DNA of 64,000 nt from an uncultured Bacteroidota bacterium (lineage in GTDB: Bacteria > Bacteroidota > Ignavibacteria > UBA10030 > UBA6906), in NCBI GenBank assembly GCA_963700635.1, contig CAVOYH010000003.1, positions 544,001 to 608,000 on the forward strand. The letters are read 5' to 3'. This document shows positions 1 to 8,600 of this stretch, in pieces. How positions within the stretch are numbered: the stretch's first letter is position 1; each line of letters begins with the position of its first letter. The notes below the pieces were generated by a model. The model did no database searches, was not told the DNA's origin, and was given only the letters and a program-made list of their open reading frames with translations. The translations under genes were made by a program, and so were the position numbers.

Positions 1-605
1 TCTATCCGCGCGGGCGTCTGCTGCGGGATCACACGGAGGACCAGATCCATCGCGGCATCTTTCAGCAACCCGGTAGGCTCACCGGTCGCGTGATCGTGTT
101 CGATCGTTCCACCCGCAGGATCGGGAGTCTCACGCGTTATTCCTGCCAGGCGGAGTCCTGCGCTGTTTACTAATGCCATGTGCCAGTCGAACCGTGGAAG
201 GAACATCGGCGTGTCGTGAGAAAATGGATCGATCCATTCCTTCCGGGGGAGCGATGTATCCTCCCACCGTTCGTGATCCCAATCGCCCCCTTTGAACCAT
301 CTGCCCGGGTGCTTCTGCAGATACTGCTGGAGCATGCCGACAAACTCTCTGCGGCTGCCGCACAGGCGGGTATCCAGCCCGTCCACCTGCTCGCCCCCGA
401 GCACAAAATGTACATGGTTATCAATAAAGCCCGGAATCATCAGTTTGCCGCCCACGTCGATAATCTCGGCCTCTGGGCCGGCAAACCGCCGTGCGTCCTT
501 CGAAGATCCGACATACACGATCCGGTTTTCTTTGACGACGATCGCCTCCGCACGTGGACGGCGCGGATCGACGGTGTGCACGGTGGCATGAACGAAACAT
601 TTCAT
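1..605 (-). CDS. YtcJ-like metal-dependent amidohydrolase (amidohydrolase_3 family), 3'-truncated by the window edge
   Basis: Not in the ORF track because there is no stop in the window. Manual translation from ATG 605 gives MKCFVHATVHTVDPRRPRAEAIVVKENRIVYVG...DVGGKLMIPGFIDNHVHF...GGDWDHERW...HMALVNSAGLRLAGITRETPDPAGGTIEHDHATGEPTGLLKDAAM. It has the PGFIDxHxH metal motif and the TPDPxGG...GEPTGLL signature. ATGA overlap with the permease stop. Confidence 0.88.
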   Translation of the reverse strand, partial: MKCFVHATVHTVDPRRPRAEAIVVKENRIVYVGSSKDARRFAGPEAEIIDVGGKLMIPGFIDNHVHFVLGGEQVDGLDTRLCGSRREFVGMLQQYLQKHPGRWFKGGDWDHERWEDTSLPRKEWIDPFSHDTPMFLPRFDWHMALVNSAGLRLAGITRETPDPAGGTIEHDHATGEPTGLLKDAAMDLVLRVIPQQTPARI

Positions 606-1951
606 ACGGTGGGCTCCACACGGGACCGTTTGCGTGATGCATAGTACGCATAAATCGGGAGTCCGGAAAGGATAAGGAACAACGATGACAGCAAACCGCC
701 TGTCGGATAAGCCAGGAACGTCCCGACGGCAACATAAATCTGTGTGACAATGGCGAGCGTGGCCATTCCCTTCCACCAGGGTGAACGGTAGGAGGGTTGA
801 TAATCCTCTCTTTTCCGGAGGGCGAAAATCGACCCGTACACAATACCATTTTGCAGGGCGTATGAGAGAGTAAAATACCCGATCATGTTCTCGATATCCC
901 CGAGCAGGAAGAGCACAATTGCCAGGGCGCATTGAATAAGAATGGAATAGTCCGGTGTCAGGTATTTCGGATGGAGATGCCCGAACACACTGAAGAAGAG
1001 TCCATCCCGGGCAATCGCATACTCCAGCCGTGGCTGCACCATGATGCTCGCGTTCAGGACTCCCAGCATGGAGACGAACACTGCCACCGCAAACACGCCC
1101 CCGGCAACGGCCGCGCCAATCCCGATATACTGAAACGGATTAACAAAATCCCCGCTCGCCAATATCAGGTCGTTATATGGGACAATCGCAGACGTACAGA
1201 GAGAAATCAAAGTGTAGGCAATGATCACAAATACCAGTGACCCGATCAGCGCAATGGGGAGCGTACGCTCGGGGCTTTTCACTTCTCCGGCCATGTAGAG
1301 AATGTTCGTGAAGCCGGCATACGACCAGAGTGTCGATGAAATGCCCGCCGTGATCACAGCAAAGAGCCCTACCGAGGTAGCGGGGCTTGTGCCCCCGGCG
1401 ATGTTACCCGATCCAAAAAAGAAGAACCCGATAACCACAATCGAGAGGAGCGGCGTAAGTTTCGCAACGGTAAGCAGAATCTGCAGATTGCCCCCTGTAC
1501 GCACGCTGCGATAATGCAGAATTGCCAGGACGATAATCAGCCCCGCGGCAAGGGCCCTTGCAATCACCGGATCACCAAAGACCGGGGAAAAGAACTTCAA
1601 CGCGTACATCGCCCCGAGAGCGACGATGGTAAGAGTCGGGGTATCACTCGTAAGAAAGGCGGTCCAGGTGTAGAAAAACGCCAGAAACGGTGAACCGGCT
1701 TTGTGGAGATAGTAATATGGACCTCCCTGTATGGGATAGGCGGTCCCCATTTCGGCAAGCACCAGTACCTGCGGAATCCACACCACTCCGCCCAGGAACC
1801 AGATCGCTACCGTGAGCCAGGGATTCAACCCGATACGAGCGACAATGGGAATACTCAGAAATACACCCGATCCGATAACTGTGCCGACAACCAGAGAAGA
1901 GGTTTGCAGTAGAGAGAGCTGGCGGGGAGGTACGGCAGTCTGGTTTGTCAT
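602..1951 (-). CDS. APC-family amino acid permease, FrlA (fructoselysine permease)-like
   Basis: About 12 TM segments, with GTVIGSGVF, WSYAGF, GEVKSP and QPRLEYAIARDGLFFSVFGHLHPKY.TPD.SI motifs. Start moved to ATG 1951 (MTNQT), which fits the promoter position. Confidence 0.9.
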   Translation of the reverse strand: MTNQTAVPPRQLSLLQTSSLVVGTVIGSGVFLSIPIVARIGLNPWLTVAIWFLGGVVWIPQVLVLAEMGTAYPIQGGPYYYLHKAGSPFLAFFYTWTAFLTSDTPTLTIVALGAMYALKFFSPVFGDPVIARALAAGLIIVLAILHYRSVRTGGNLQILLTVAKLTPLLSIVVIGFFFFGSGNIAGGTSPATSVGLFAVITAGISSTLWSYAGFTNILYMAGEVKSPERTLPIALIGSLVFVIIAYTLISLCTSAIVPYNDLILASGDFVNPFQYIGIGAAVAGGVFAVAVFVSMLGVLNASIMVQPRLEYAIARDGLFFSVFGHLHPKYLTPDYSILIQCALAIVLFLLGDIENMIGYFTLSYALQNGIVYGSIFALRKREDYQPSYRSPWWKGMATLAIVTQIYVAVGTFLAYPTGGLLSSLFLILSGLPIYAYYASRKRSRVEPTV

Positions 1952-1958
1952 AAAGAGA

Positions 1959-1987
1959 ATGGTAGCACAAACGGCCGACAGGTGCAA
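1959..1987 (-). promoter_or_regulatory. sigma70-type promoter for the permease-amidohydrolase operon, probably leaderless
   Basis: Minus strand TTGCAC(1987-1982)-N17-TACCAT(1964-1959). The ATG follows 7 nt after the -10 and has no SD. Confidence 0.55.
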
Positions 1988-1990
1988 CGC

Positions 1991-2019
1991 TTGCCTTTCT
2001 GACGGCTTCTGGGTACCTT
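1991..2019 (+). promoter_or_regulatory. sigma70-type promoter for the GlmU-like gene
   Basis: TTGCCT(1991-1996)-N17-TACCTT(2014-2019), with the ATG at 2029. Confidence 0.5.
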
Positions 2020-2028
2020 CACATCGTT

Positions 2029-3273
2029 ATGGCCCATACGCTCTGCATTTTCGAAGACGATCAACACTCGCAACTCTTTCCCCTCGTGTATATGCGACCG
2101 ACGTGGGACCTCCGTTGCGGCATCCTGACTCTGGGCGAGAAAATCGAACAGTCTTTCCCCGGGTCCCGAGCACGGTTCTACTGCCGCGGGTACCTTGCGG
2201 ATCTGGTGAAGGAGCAGCATCCCGGCCGGGATGTGAATACGCCTCCCGCAGGCGACTGTCTCTTCATTAATGCCAGAGTGCTTGCCGATCACACTCTCGC
2301 GGAACGGATCCGTGCCGAAAAGGACGAAACCCTCTACATCGACGGCTCAACAATCATCGCCGCCCGGCTGAACGCACGCTCGGTGAGCACTCTGGCGTTC
2401 GATGCCTCCACTCTCCTTGATTTCTCCGGCCTGACTTCTCTCCCGCGACGCGGCATAACGGTACCTCTCATCCGGTATCCGTGGGACCTTGTCAACAACA
2501 ACGGTGCGCAAATCCTGGCCGACGTTGCCGGTTTGTCATCGGGCGGTTCCATGACCCGCAAGGGCACCCTCTATCCGGGCGCACATATCCTGAATCCGAA
2601 CTCCATCAACATTGGCGAAGGAAGCAGCATCAAGCCCGGGGTGGTCCTGGACGCGGAGAACGGTCCGATTTATATTGGCAAGGATGTGCGGATTCTTCCC
2701 AACGCGGTTGTCGAGGGTCCTGCGTTTATCGGAGACGGCTCTGTCATCAAAGCGGGGGCGAGGATTTACGGGCATACGTCCATCGGACCCGTCTGCAAAG
2801 TGGGCGGCGAAGTGGAAGCCTCGATCATCCATGGATACGCCAACAAACAACACGACGGGTTCCTCGGTCACGCATATCTGTCACCCTGGGTCAATCTGGG
2901 TGCTGACACCAATAACAGTGACCTCAAGAATAACTACGCTCCGGTGCGGGTGACTATCCACGGTCGGGAGGTGGAGAGTGGTTCACTCTTTGCCGGATTG
3001 ATCATGGGCGACCATACAAAGTGCGCCATCAACACCATGTTCAACACCGGAACCGTCGTGGGTGTCGGCAGTAACATTTTCGGCGCCGGCTTCCCCCCAA
3101 AATACGTCCCCTCTTTCTCATGGGGCGGCGCCGGAGGGATCACCACCTACGATATCAACAAATGTATCGGTGTCGCACGTACGGTGATGGAACGCCGTAA
3201 GCAGACCCTTACTGCCACAGCAGAGACGGTCTTACGAACACTCTTTACCATAACCGCGCAGGAACGGACCTGA
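2029..3273 (+). CDS. Bacteroidota-type GlmU-family sugar nucleotidyltransferase/acetyltransferase
   Basis: N-terminal LFPL..RP..DLRCGILTL.EK (NTP_transf_4-like), followed by hexapeptide repeats with GPVCKVGGEV, NKQHDGFLGH, NLGADTNNSDLKNNY and FNTGTVVG. Confidence 0.85.
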   Translation: MAHTLCIFEDDQHSQLFPLVYMRPTWDLRCGILTLGEKIEQSFPGSRARFYCRGYLADLVKEQHPGRDVNTPPAGDCLFINARVLADHTLAERIRAEKDETLYIDGSTIIAARLNARSVSTLAFDASTLLDFSGLTSLPRRGITVPLIRYPWDLVNNNGAQILADVAGLSSGGSMTRKGTLYPGAHILNPNSINIGEGSSIKPGVVLDAENGPIYIGKDVRILPNAVVEGPAFIGDGSVIKAGARIYGHTSIGPVCKVGGEVEASIIHGYANKQHDGFLGHAYLSPWVNLGADTNNSDLKNNYAPVRVTIHGREVESGSLFAGLIMGDHTKCAINTMFNTGTVVGVGSNIFGAGFPPKYVPSFSWGGAGGITTYDINKCIGVARTVMERRKQTLTATAETVLRTLFTITAQERT

Positions 3274-3281
3274 GGAAGGAA

Positions 3282-3319
3282 GAGGCAAGAACGGGGTAAT
3301 GTACGCGGTGTCTTGCCTC
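3282..3319. terminator. hairpin between convergent genes, possible terminator
   Basis: Perfect 9-bp inverted repeat GAGGCAAGA(3282-3290)/TCTTGCCTC(3311-3319) with a 20-nt loop. No clear U tract. Confidence 0.3.
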
Positions 3320-3340
3320 GAATACAAAGCAGTCCGGTTT

Positions 3341-4390
3341 TTATCGTTTCGGGATCCACGCCATGCAGATGGACGAAAGCAGATCCCAATTGTACCTCCC
3401 CCTGCTCCCCTCGTATAGCATCACGATCCAGCTCCCCGTTTCGTAGATGGCCGGAGACCAGATGGCACCACCGTCCACGGTGCCGTGTAAGCCGGCTCCG
3501 AAGACGGGGTTTCCGGGATGTGCCTCCCAGTCCCGCAGATTCTTTGACCGTGCGAGACCGAAAAATTCGGGTTCATTAAAAAAGTCTGTACTCCCGCCAT
3601 AGAGCATATAGTATGTGCCGTTGGATTCCCATACGCGCGGCGTGGTGATGGACTTGGCATCCCAATCACCCTTCTGGCCGGCGAACACCGGAAGAGGAGT
3701 GACGGGAGCAAACGTTCTTCCGTCGGTGGAGAACGCCAGATAAACCTGATACCCTGTGGCATCCCGTTTCTGATAGACCATAAACAGTGTATCGTTGACG
3801 ACGAGAATATCCGGAGCACGGCCTTCAAGGACTTTCCCGAGTTTCGTAAACTGTTCGGGAGTTGTACCGACAGCAAGGCCGATGCTGTTTGGCCCTTTTC
3901 CAATGGCCGAATAGTACAGGTGAATCTGGCCTTTGAATACCACCGCCGCTGGCTCCAGGACCCCGGCATCGTCGAATTCTCCGGTGGCACCGATATCAAC
4001 CACCGGAGAACCCATGTTAAGATCGCGGTAGTTGAGCCTCATCGGCCCGATATCCAGCACCTCGGCTACACCGATACGGTCATGGTAGGTTTTCCCGTCG
4101 CCCGCGAGAATGCCGTTCCCCCGGTAGAACAGGAGCGTCCGCCCATAGAACGTCACGAACTCGGGATTTGCCGTAAAACGCCTTTTCCAGGTCGAACCTG
4201 ATGCCCCGATAACCGGATTGTCATTATAGCGCGTCCAGGCCAGCACATTCGTGGTATACGTTTTGGAAAACAGTTCCCAGAGATTCTGGGCCTGGCCAAC
4301 GTGCGCACCGGGTATACCGCAGCACAATACCAGGACCACCGCTGCTGCACTCCTTCCTGCGCGCGGTAGCACATTCCACATGTTCACCAT
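3341..4390 (-). CDS. secreted five-bladed beta-propeller glycoside hydrolase-like protein (GH32/43/117/130 clan fold)
   Basis: Signal peptide (...GQA|QNL). Five blade repeats of the type NPV..G..G.(W/F)D....P.V...G...(M/L)YY, e.g. GEFDDAGVLEPAAVVFKGQIHLYY and GDWDAKSITTPRVWESNGTYYMLY. Confidence 0.75.
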   Translation of the reverse strand: MVNMWNVLPRAGRSAAAVVLVLCCGIPGAHVGQAQNLWELFSKTYTTNVLAWTRYNDNPVIGASGSTWKRRFTANPEFVTFYGRTLLFYRGNGILAGDGKTYHDRIGVAEVLDIGPMRLNYRDLNMGSPVVDIGATGEFDDAGVLEPAAVVFKGQIHLYYSAIGKGPNSIGLAVGTTPEQFTKLGKVLEGRAPDILVVNDTLFMVYQKRDATGYQVYLAFSTDGRTFAPVTPLPVFAGQKGDWDAKSITTPRVWESNGTYYMLYGGSTDFFNEPEFFGLARSKNLRDWEAHPGNPVFGAGLHGTVDGGAIWSPAIYETGSWIVMLYEGSRGRYNWDLLSSICMAWIPKR

Positions 4391-4394
4391 TGTG

Positions 4395-6467
4395 TCACCT
4401 GTCGAGAAACCGCTCCTTGAATGTTGGCGTCGTTCCCGCCATCTTCAGAAACACGTCCAGCGGTACGACTTCAAAATCCGGTCCGAGTTTGTCAAGAATT
4501 CCTTTGACACGCCTGATATCACTCCATTGGCGTACGTGCAGCACGAGGAAGTAGGGTCTGGTGGAATTCATCGCAGCCAGCTCACGCAAATCAGCAACGG
4601 CTTCCGCTTCAGGGCGTGTTTCGGAAAGATAATAGTCAAAAGAGAGCAACGGCCGGCCATTGCGTACGGTAAACGTATGGGAGGGAGCGTAGCCGTTTAC
4701 GAATCCTATGGCCTCGGGCATGCCGTCGTAAAATGCATCGACAACTTCGCGGGTAAGCTCGGAGTTCCCCTCCACTGTTGCCCCTTCCGAGTAGTCCATG
4801 ATCTCAAACACGTTGAGGTCCAGCTGTTCCATCAGCTCACGGGCCTTCGCCACCGCCTGGGGCAGATACTGTTTGGGAATCGCTTTGGGGTACATGTACC
4901 CGGGTCCTCCCAAGGAACCGATAAAATAATCATTCGGTGTAGCCATGCTGTAAAAGTACTCCAGCATCGTAGGAGCGAGCCAGACCCAGTTCATGGTGAC
5001 TTCCCAGGCATAGGGAATTTCACCCCTGCCGGGTTTGACCCAGGCACCCAGGCCGAGACAATCGGTCTGAATACATGCTATGTACACCTTCTTGCCCGGC
5101 GTGTATGTGACGCCGGGTTGTACCTGATGGTTGTTCTTGAACGTGAAACCGGGCGTGAGCGAGGTCTGACTGCTAAAACTCATATTGGGCAGGGTATGCA
5201 ATCCCTCAACCCGGAGAGCATAACTGGACGCAAGCCTGACGTGGTCGCGTTCTTTGTCTTTCGCGTATGAATGCCAGCCCATCACCAGCGACATGGGTGG
5301 CATTTCACTCATGATACGTTTGGCCAGCGCGTACTCTTCTGTGTCTTCGGTCTTTGTGGAAAGGTCCGTGAAAAAAGCCTTTTTCAGGATGCCAAAGTCA
5401 GCGACTCCGGGCTTCATGATGTTCCCGTGCTCGCCACCCATCCAGACCACAACATCCCGGCTGCAACGATCCCAGTACCGATCATACGCCCACTGAAAGA
5501 TCTGCGCGTCACTTTTACCTGTGAACTTGCCCCGCAAATCTGCAACCTGTTTCAGGCCGGCTTGTTCCGCCATGGGGATAAGGTCGTCGGTCACCACGAT
5601 GGCCTTCTCCAGTCCGGCAACGGTAAATGCCACGATGAGCGAAGTCCGGACTTTTTTATCCCATACCACATACCCTTTCACAAACTGTTTCAGGGTCTGC
5701 AGCGCACTTTCCGGCGTCTTGAGTTCCGTAAATGTGTACTGATGTTTGTTGCTGTAGTACTCGAGCACAGAGGGGGTGAACAGAAAATCCCATTTTTCGG
5801 GATACACAAAATAGAGCCGTGGGGCCCCGCCGTTGGCTATTCCCTGCAGACTGATGAGCATGGCCTGAAGGGGAAGTTTTCCGTCAATAGCCCAGTTGTC
5901 GGCAAGCTTCATCATGTATGCCCTGCGGAGATTCTCCTTTGTAAACGTATATGTCGTTGTTGCGTTCTCCGGCCGCGTTGGACGGCGGAGTTTCCAGGTC
6001 AGAATGGTATTGTTCTCCGAAAGTTCGAACCGGTGCTCGGTTTCCAGGTTTATTTTGCCTTGTGAGACCAGCAGCGGATACCGCTCGTTGAGTACCAGTG
6101 CTCCTGTCTTGCCCTCCCACCGGGCAGTAAGTTCACGCATTGAACCAGGTTGCAGCGAGACACCCATGAAGACATTGCTCGGCCACACCCTGTTACGTAC
6201 GGGTACCCGGTGAACGGTCCCATCTGTAGGGAGTGTCACCGTGTCGCGGAATGCGCGTGCACCTCCCCACGACTGCATGATCGTGACGCTTCCGGGAGTG
6301 CTTGAGATCTTCAGGGCAACCGTGGTATACAGTCCGATTTCAGAACTCCGTTCCGGCAGCATTTTCCATTCTCCCTCAATGCCGGAGCTCTGCTGTGCGG
6401 GAAGCGAGCCCGCGAGGGTGATGAGAAGGAACAACGTGAGACGGGATACTCTGGGCATTCTCTTCAT
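4395..6467 (-). CDS. GxGYxYP-family putative glycoside hydrolase, secreted (paralog 2)
   Basis: Signal peptide (...SLPA|QQS), SLQGIAN, KGYVVWD, VMGWH, RGEIPYAWE and the family motif GGPGYMYP. Extra N-terminal beta domain of about 150 aa. Confidence 0.85.
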   Translation of the reverse strand: MKRMPRVSRLTLFLLITLAGSLPAQQSSGIEGEWKMLPERSSEIGLYTTVALKISSTPGSVTIMQSWGGARAFRDTVTLPTDGTVHRVPVRNRVWPSNVFMGVSLQPGSMRELTARWEGKTGALVLNERYPLLVSQGKINLETEHRFELSENNTILTWKLRRPTRPENATTTYTFTKENLRRAYMMKLADNWAIDGKLPLQAMLISLQGIANGGAPRLYFVYPEKWDFLFTPSVLEYYSNKHQYTFTELKTPESALQTLKQFVKGYVVWDKKVRTSLIVAFTVAGLEKAIVVTDDLIPMAEQAGLKQVADLRGKFTGKSDAQIFQWAYDRYWDRCSRDVVVWMGGEHGNIMKPGVADFGILKKAFFTDLSTKTEDTEEYALAKRIMSEMPPMSLVMGWHSYAKDKERDHVRLASSYALRVEGLHTLPNMSFSSQTSLTPGFTFKNNHQVQPGVTYTPGKKVYIACIQTDCLGLGAWVKPGRGEIPYAWEVTMNWVWLAPTMLEYFYSMATPNDYFIGSLGGPGYMYPKAIPKQYLPQAVAKARELMEQLDLNVFEIMDYSEGATVEGNSELTREVVDAFYDGMPEAIGFVNGYAPSHTFTVRNGRPLLSFDYYLSETRPEAEAVADLRELAAMNSTRPYFLVLHVRQWSDIRRVKGILDKLGPDFEVVPLDVFLKMAGTTPTFKERFLDR

Positions 6468-6484
6468 TATCTACCTGCCTTGCT

Positions 6485-8551
6485 TTATCGTTGAGTGGGT
6501 TGTGTTTTATAACGCTCCTGGAATGTCGGGGCTTTCCCCGCCATGGAGAGAAAGACATCCAGGGGAATAACGGCAAACTCGGGTCCCAGTTTGTCCAGAA
6601 TTCCCTTTACGCGTTTGATGTCACTTGATTCGCGAACGTGAACAAGCAGGAAATAGGGACGTCCCGCGTTGACGCGTGCGAGTTCCTGGAGATCGGTAAT
6701 TGCATCCGCTTCCGGACGAGACGGAGAAAGATAATAATCATAGGACATGAACGGTCTCCCGTCTTTTACCGCGAAGGTGTGAGAGGGAGCATATCCGTTG
6801 ATGAACCCGATTGCCTCGGGCATACCGTCGTAGTACATTGTCACGACCTCTTCAGGGAGATCGGTGTTCCCTTCCACCGTCGCGCCCTCAGAGTAATCCA
6901 TCGTCTCGAACACCCTGAGATCCAGAACCTTCATCTGGTCTCGGGCTGTGGCGATAAGTTGCTTGAGAAGGTGGGGGGGGACGGCCTTGGGATACAGGTA
7001 TCCGGGCCCTGAAAGACAGCCGACGAAATAGTCGTTGGGTGTTGCCATGGAGTAGAAAAACTCCACCATCGCAGGTGCCATCCACGTGTAATTCATCAGC
7101 ACTTCCCATGCGTAAGGTACCTCCCCGCGGCCGGGTTTGAGCCAGGCTCCCAACCCTATCCCATCGGTTTGAACGCAGGTTATATACACCTTCTTTTCCG
7201 GTACCGGAGTCTTCCCGGGCACGAGAGTGTGGTTGTTTTTGTACACAAATCCCGGTGAAGCCGGTACCTGTGCGCTGAAACTGAGGTTCGGTAGTGTGTG
7301 TAATCCCTCCACACGATGGCCGTACCGCGACGTAAGCTTAACATGTTCCCGCTCGAGGTCTTTTGCGTACGAGTGCCATCCCATCACCATGGACATCGGC
7401 TTCATTTCAGCGAGGAGTGTGTTGGCAAGTGCATATTCCACGGTATCCGTGACGCGGCTTGAAAGGTCGTTAAAGAACACCTCTTTGTGGATGCCCCAAT
7501 CGGCGACACCGGGTTTCATGATTGAACCGTGCTCGCCTCCAAGCCACACAATGAACTCCTTGTTGCAGCGTTTCCAGTACCGATCGTATGCCCACCGGTA
7601 GATCTGCGCATCGTTCTGTCCGGAGAATTTCCCGCGGAAATCCTCGATGAGTTTGAGCCCCGCTTTTTCGACCAGCGGAATCAGGTCTTCATTCACCACC
7701 ACCGCGCGCTCGAGTCCGGCAACCGTAAACGCCACAATGAGTGATGTGCGTACCGTCTTGTCCCACACCACGTACCCTTTTACATGGCTCTTCAGCGCTG
7801 AAAGGGCCTCTTCTGCCGACCGGAGTTCCCGGAACGAGTAATGCCGCGTGTCGCGGTAGAAGCCATACACCGACCGCACGTATGTGAACGGCCAGTTTTC
7901 GGGATACAGAATGTAGACAAGGGGGCCGCTCTTGTTTGCTATTCCCTGGAGGCTGATGAGAAACGCGTTTACCGGAAGTTTTCCGTTTATCTCCCAGTTG
8001 TCTTCAAGTGAAATCACATAGGCCTGCTTCCACCCCGTCCGTTTCATCAGAAATTTCACGGCTGGTTGAGAAGGACGGGTTGACCGCTGAATCACGTACG
8101 TCAGGATCTCCCCTTCCGGGGACAGGCTGAAATGATGTGTCGCCGTTGCCTTTGACTCTCCCTGCGAACCCCTGATGGTGTAGCTCTCCTCTACCTGAAC
8201 GCCACTGGTGTTGCGGATCGCACGGACAGTCCGGACCGAACCGGTGACCATCGAAAGGCCCATAAACACATTCGAAGGGAACACCCTGTCGGTGACCGGC
8301 ACGGCAACCGAAGCCCCGCTCATCGGCAGGACAAGGGAATCAACAAAGCGGCGCGACGTTCCAAATTGTCGGACCAGCGTAAGATGTGAGGACGTTGAGG
8401 TGATCCGCACAGAGAGTGATCCATAGAGGTCGATATCCGTACTCTTTTCCGGCATGGCTTCCCAGGTCCCATCCAGCGAAGGCATCGATGGAGAAGCGAG
8501 CACCGGCTGGGTGGCGCACAGGAGAAGAAGTAGGCAGAGTGTGTGTCTCAT
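6485..8551 (-). CDS. GxGYxYP-family putative glycoside hydrolase, secreted (paralog 1)
   Basis: Start reassigned to ATG 8551 (MRHTLCLLLLLCATQPVLA signal peptide). Motif SGPGYLYP. Colinear with and highly similar to 4395-6467. Confidence 0.85.
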   Translation of the reverse strand: MRHTLCLLLLLCATQPVLASPSMPSLDGTWEAMPEKSTDIDLYGSLSVRITSTSSHLTLVRQFGTSRRFVDSLVLPMSGASVAVPVTDRVFPSNVFMGLSMVTGSVRTVRAIRNTSGVQVEESYTIRGSQGESKATATHHFSLSPEGEILTYVIQRSTRPSQPAVKFLMKRTGWKQAYVISLEDNWEINGKLPVNAFLISLQGIANKSGPLVYILYPENWPFTYVRSVYGFYRDTRHYSFRELRSAEEALSALKSHVKGYVVWDKTVRTSLIVAFTVAGLERAVVVNEDLIPLVEKAGLKLIEDFRGKFSGQNDAQIYRWAYDRYWKRCNKEFIVWLGGEHGSIMKPGVADWGIHKEVFFNDLSSRVTDTVEYALANTLLAEMKPMSMVMGWHSYAKDLEREHVKLTSRYGHRVEGLHTLPNLSFSAQVPASPGFVYKNNHTLVPGKTPVPEKKVYITCVQTDGIGLGAWLKPGRGEVPYAWEVLMNYTWMAPAMVEFFYSMATPNDYFVGCLSGPGYLYPKAVPPHLLKQLIATARDQMKVLDLRVFETMDYSEGATVEGNTDLPEEVVTMYYDGMPEAIGFINGYAPSHTFAVKDGRPFMSYDYYLSPSRPEADAITDLQELARVNAGRPYFLLVHVRESSDIKRVKGILDKLGPEFAVIPLDVFLSMAGKAPTFQERYKTQPTQR

Positions 8552-8600
8552 GGGACAGGTCCTTTGTACTGTGAATCCTTCGAGAAACGTCGGTCGAGGA

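Noticed and set aside
180-644. 154-aa plus-strand ORF at the window start
   Set aside because: Antisense shadow of the real minus-strand amidohydrolase (605 to <1); it has no motifs of its own.
4251-6065. Long plus-strand ORFs (339 aa and 264 aa) opposite the GxGYxYP gene
   Set aside because: Antisense shadows typical of GC-biased codon usage, with no recognisable motifs or RBS.
4395-8551. Repeated DNA segments that might suggest a repeat array or mobile duplication
   Set aside because: The similarity comes from a diverged in-frame gene duplication. There are no spacers, terminal repeats or transposase.
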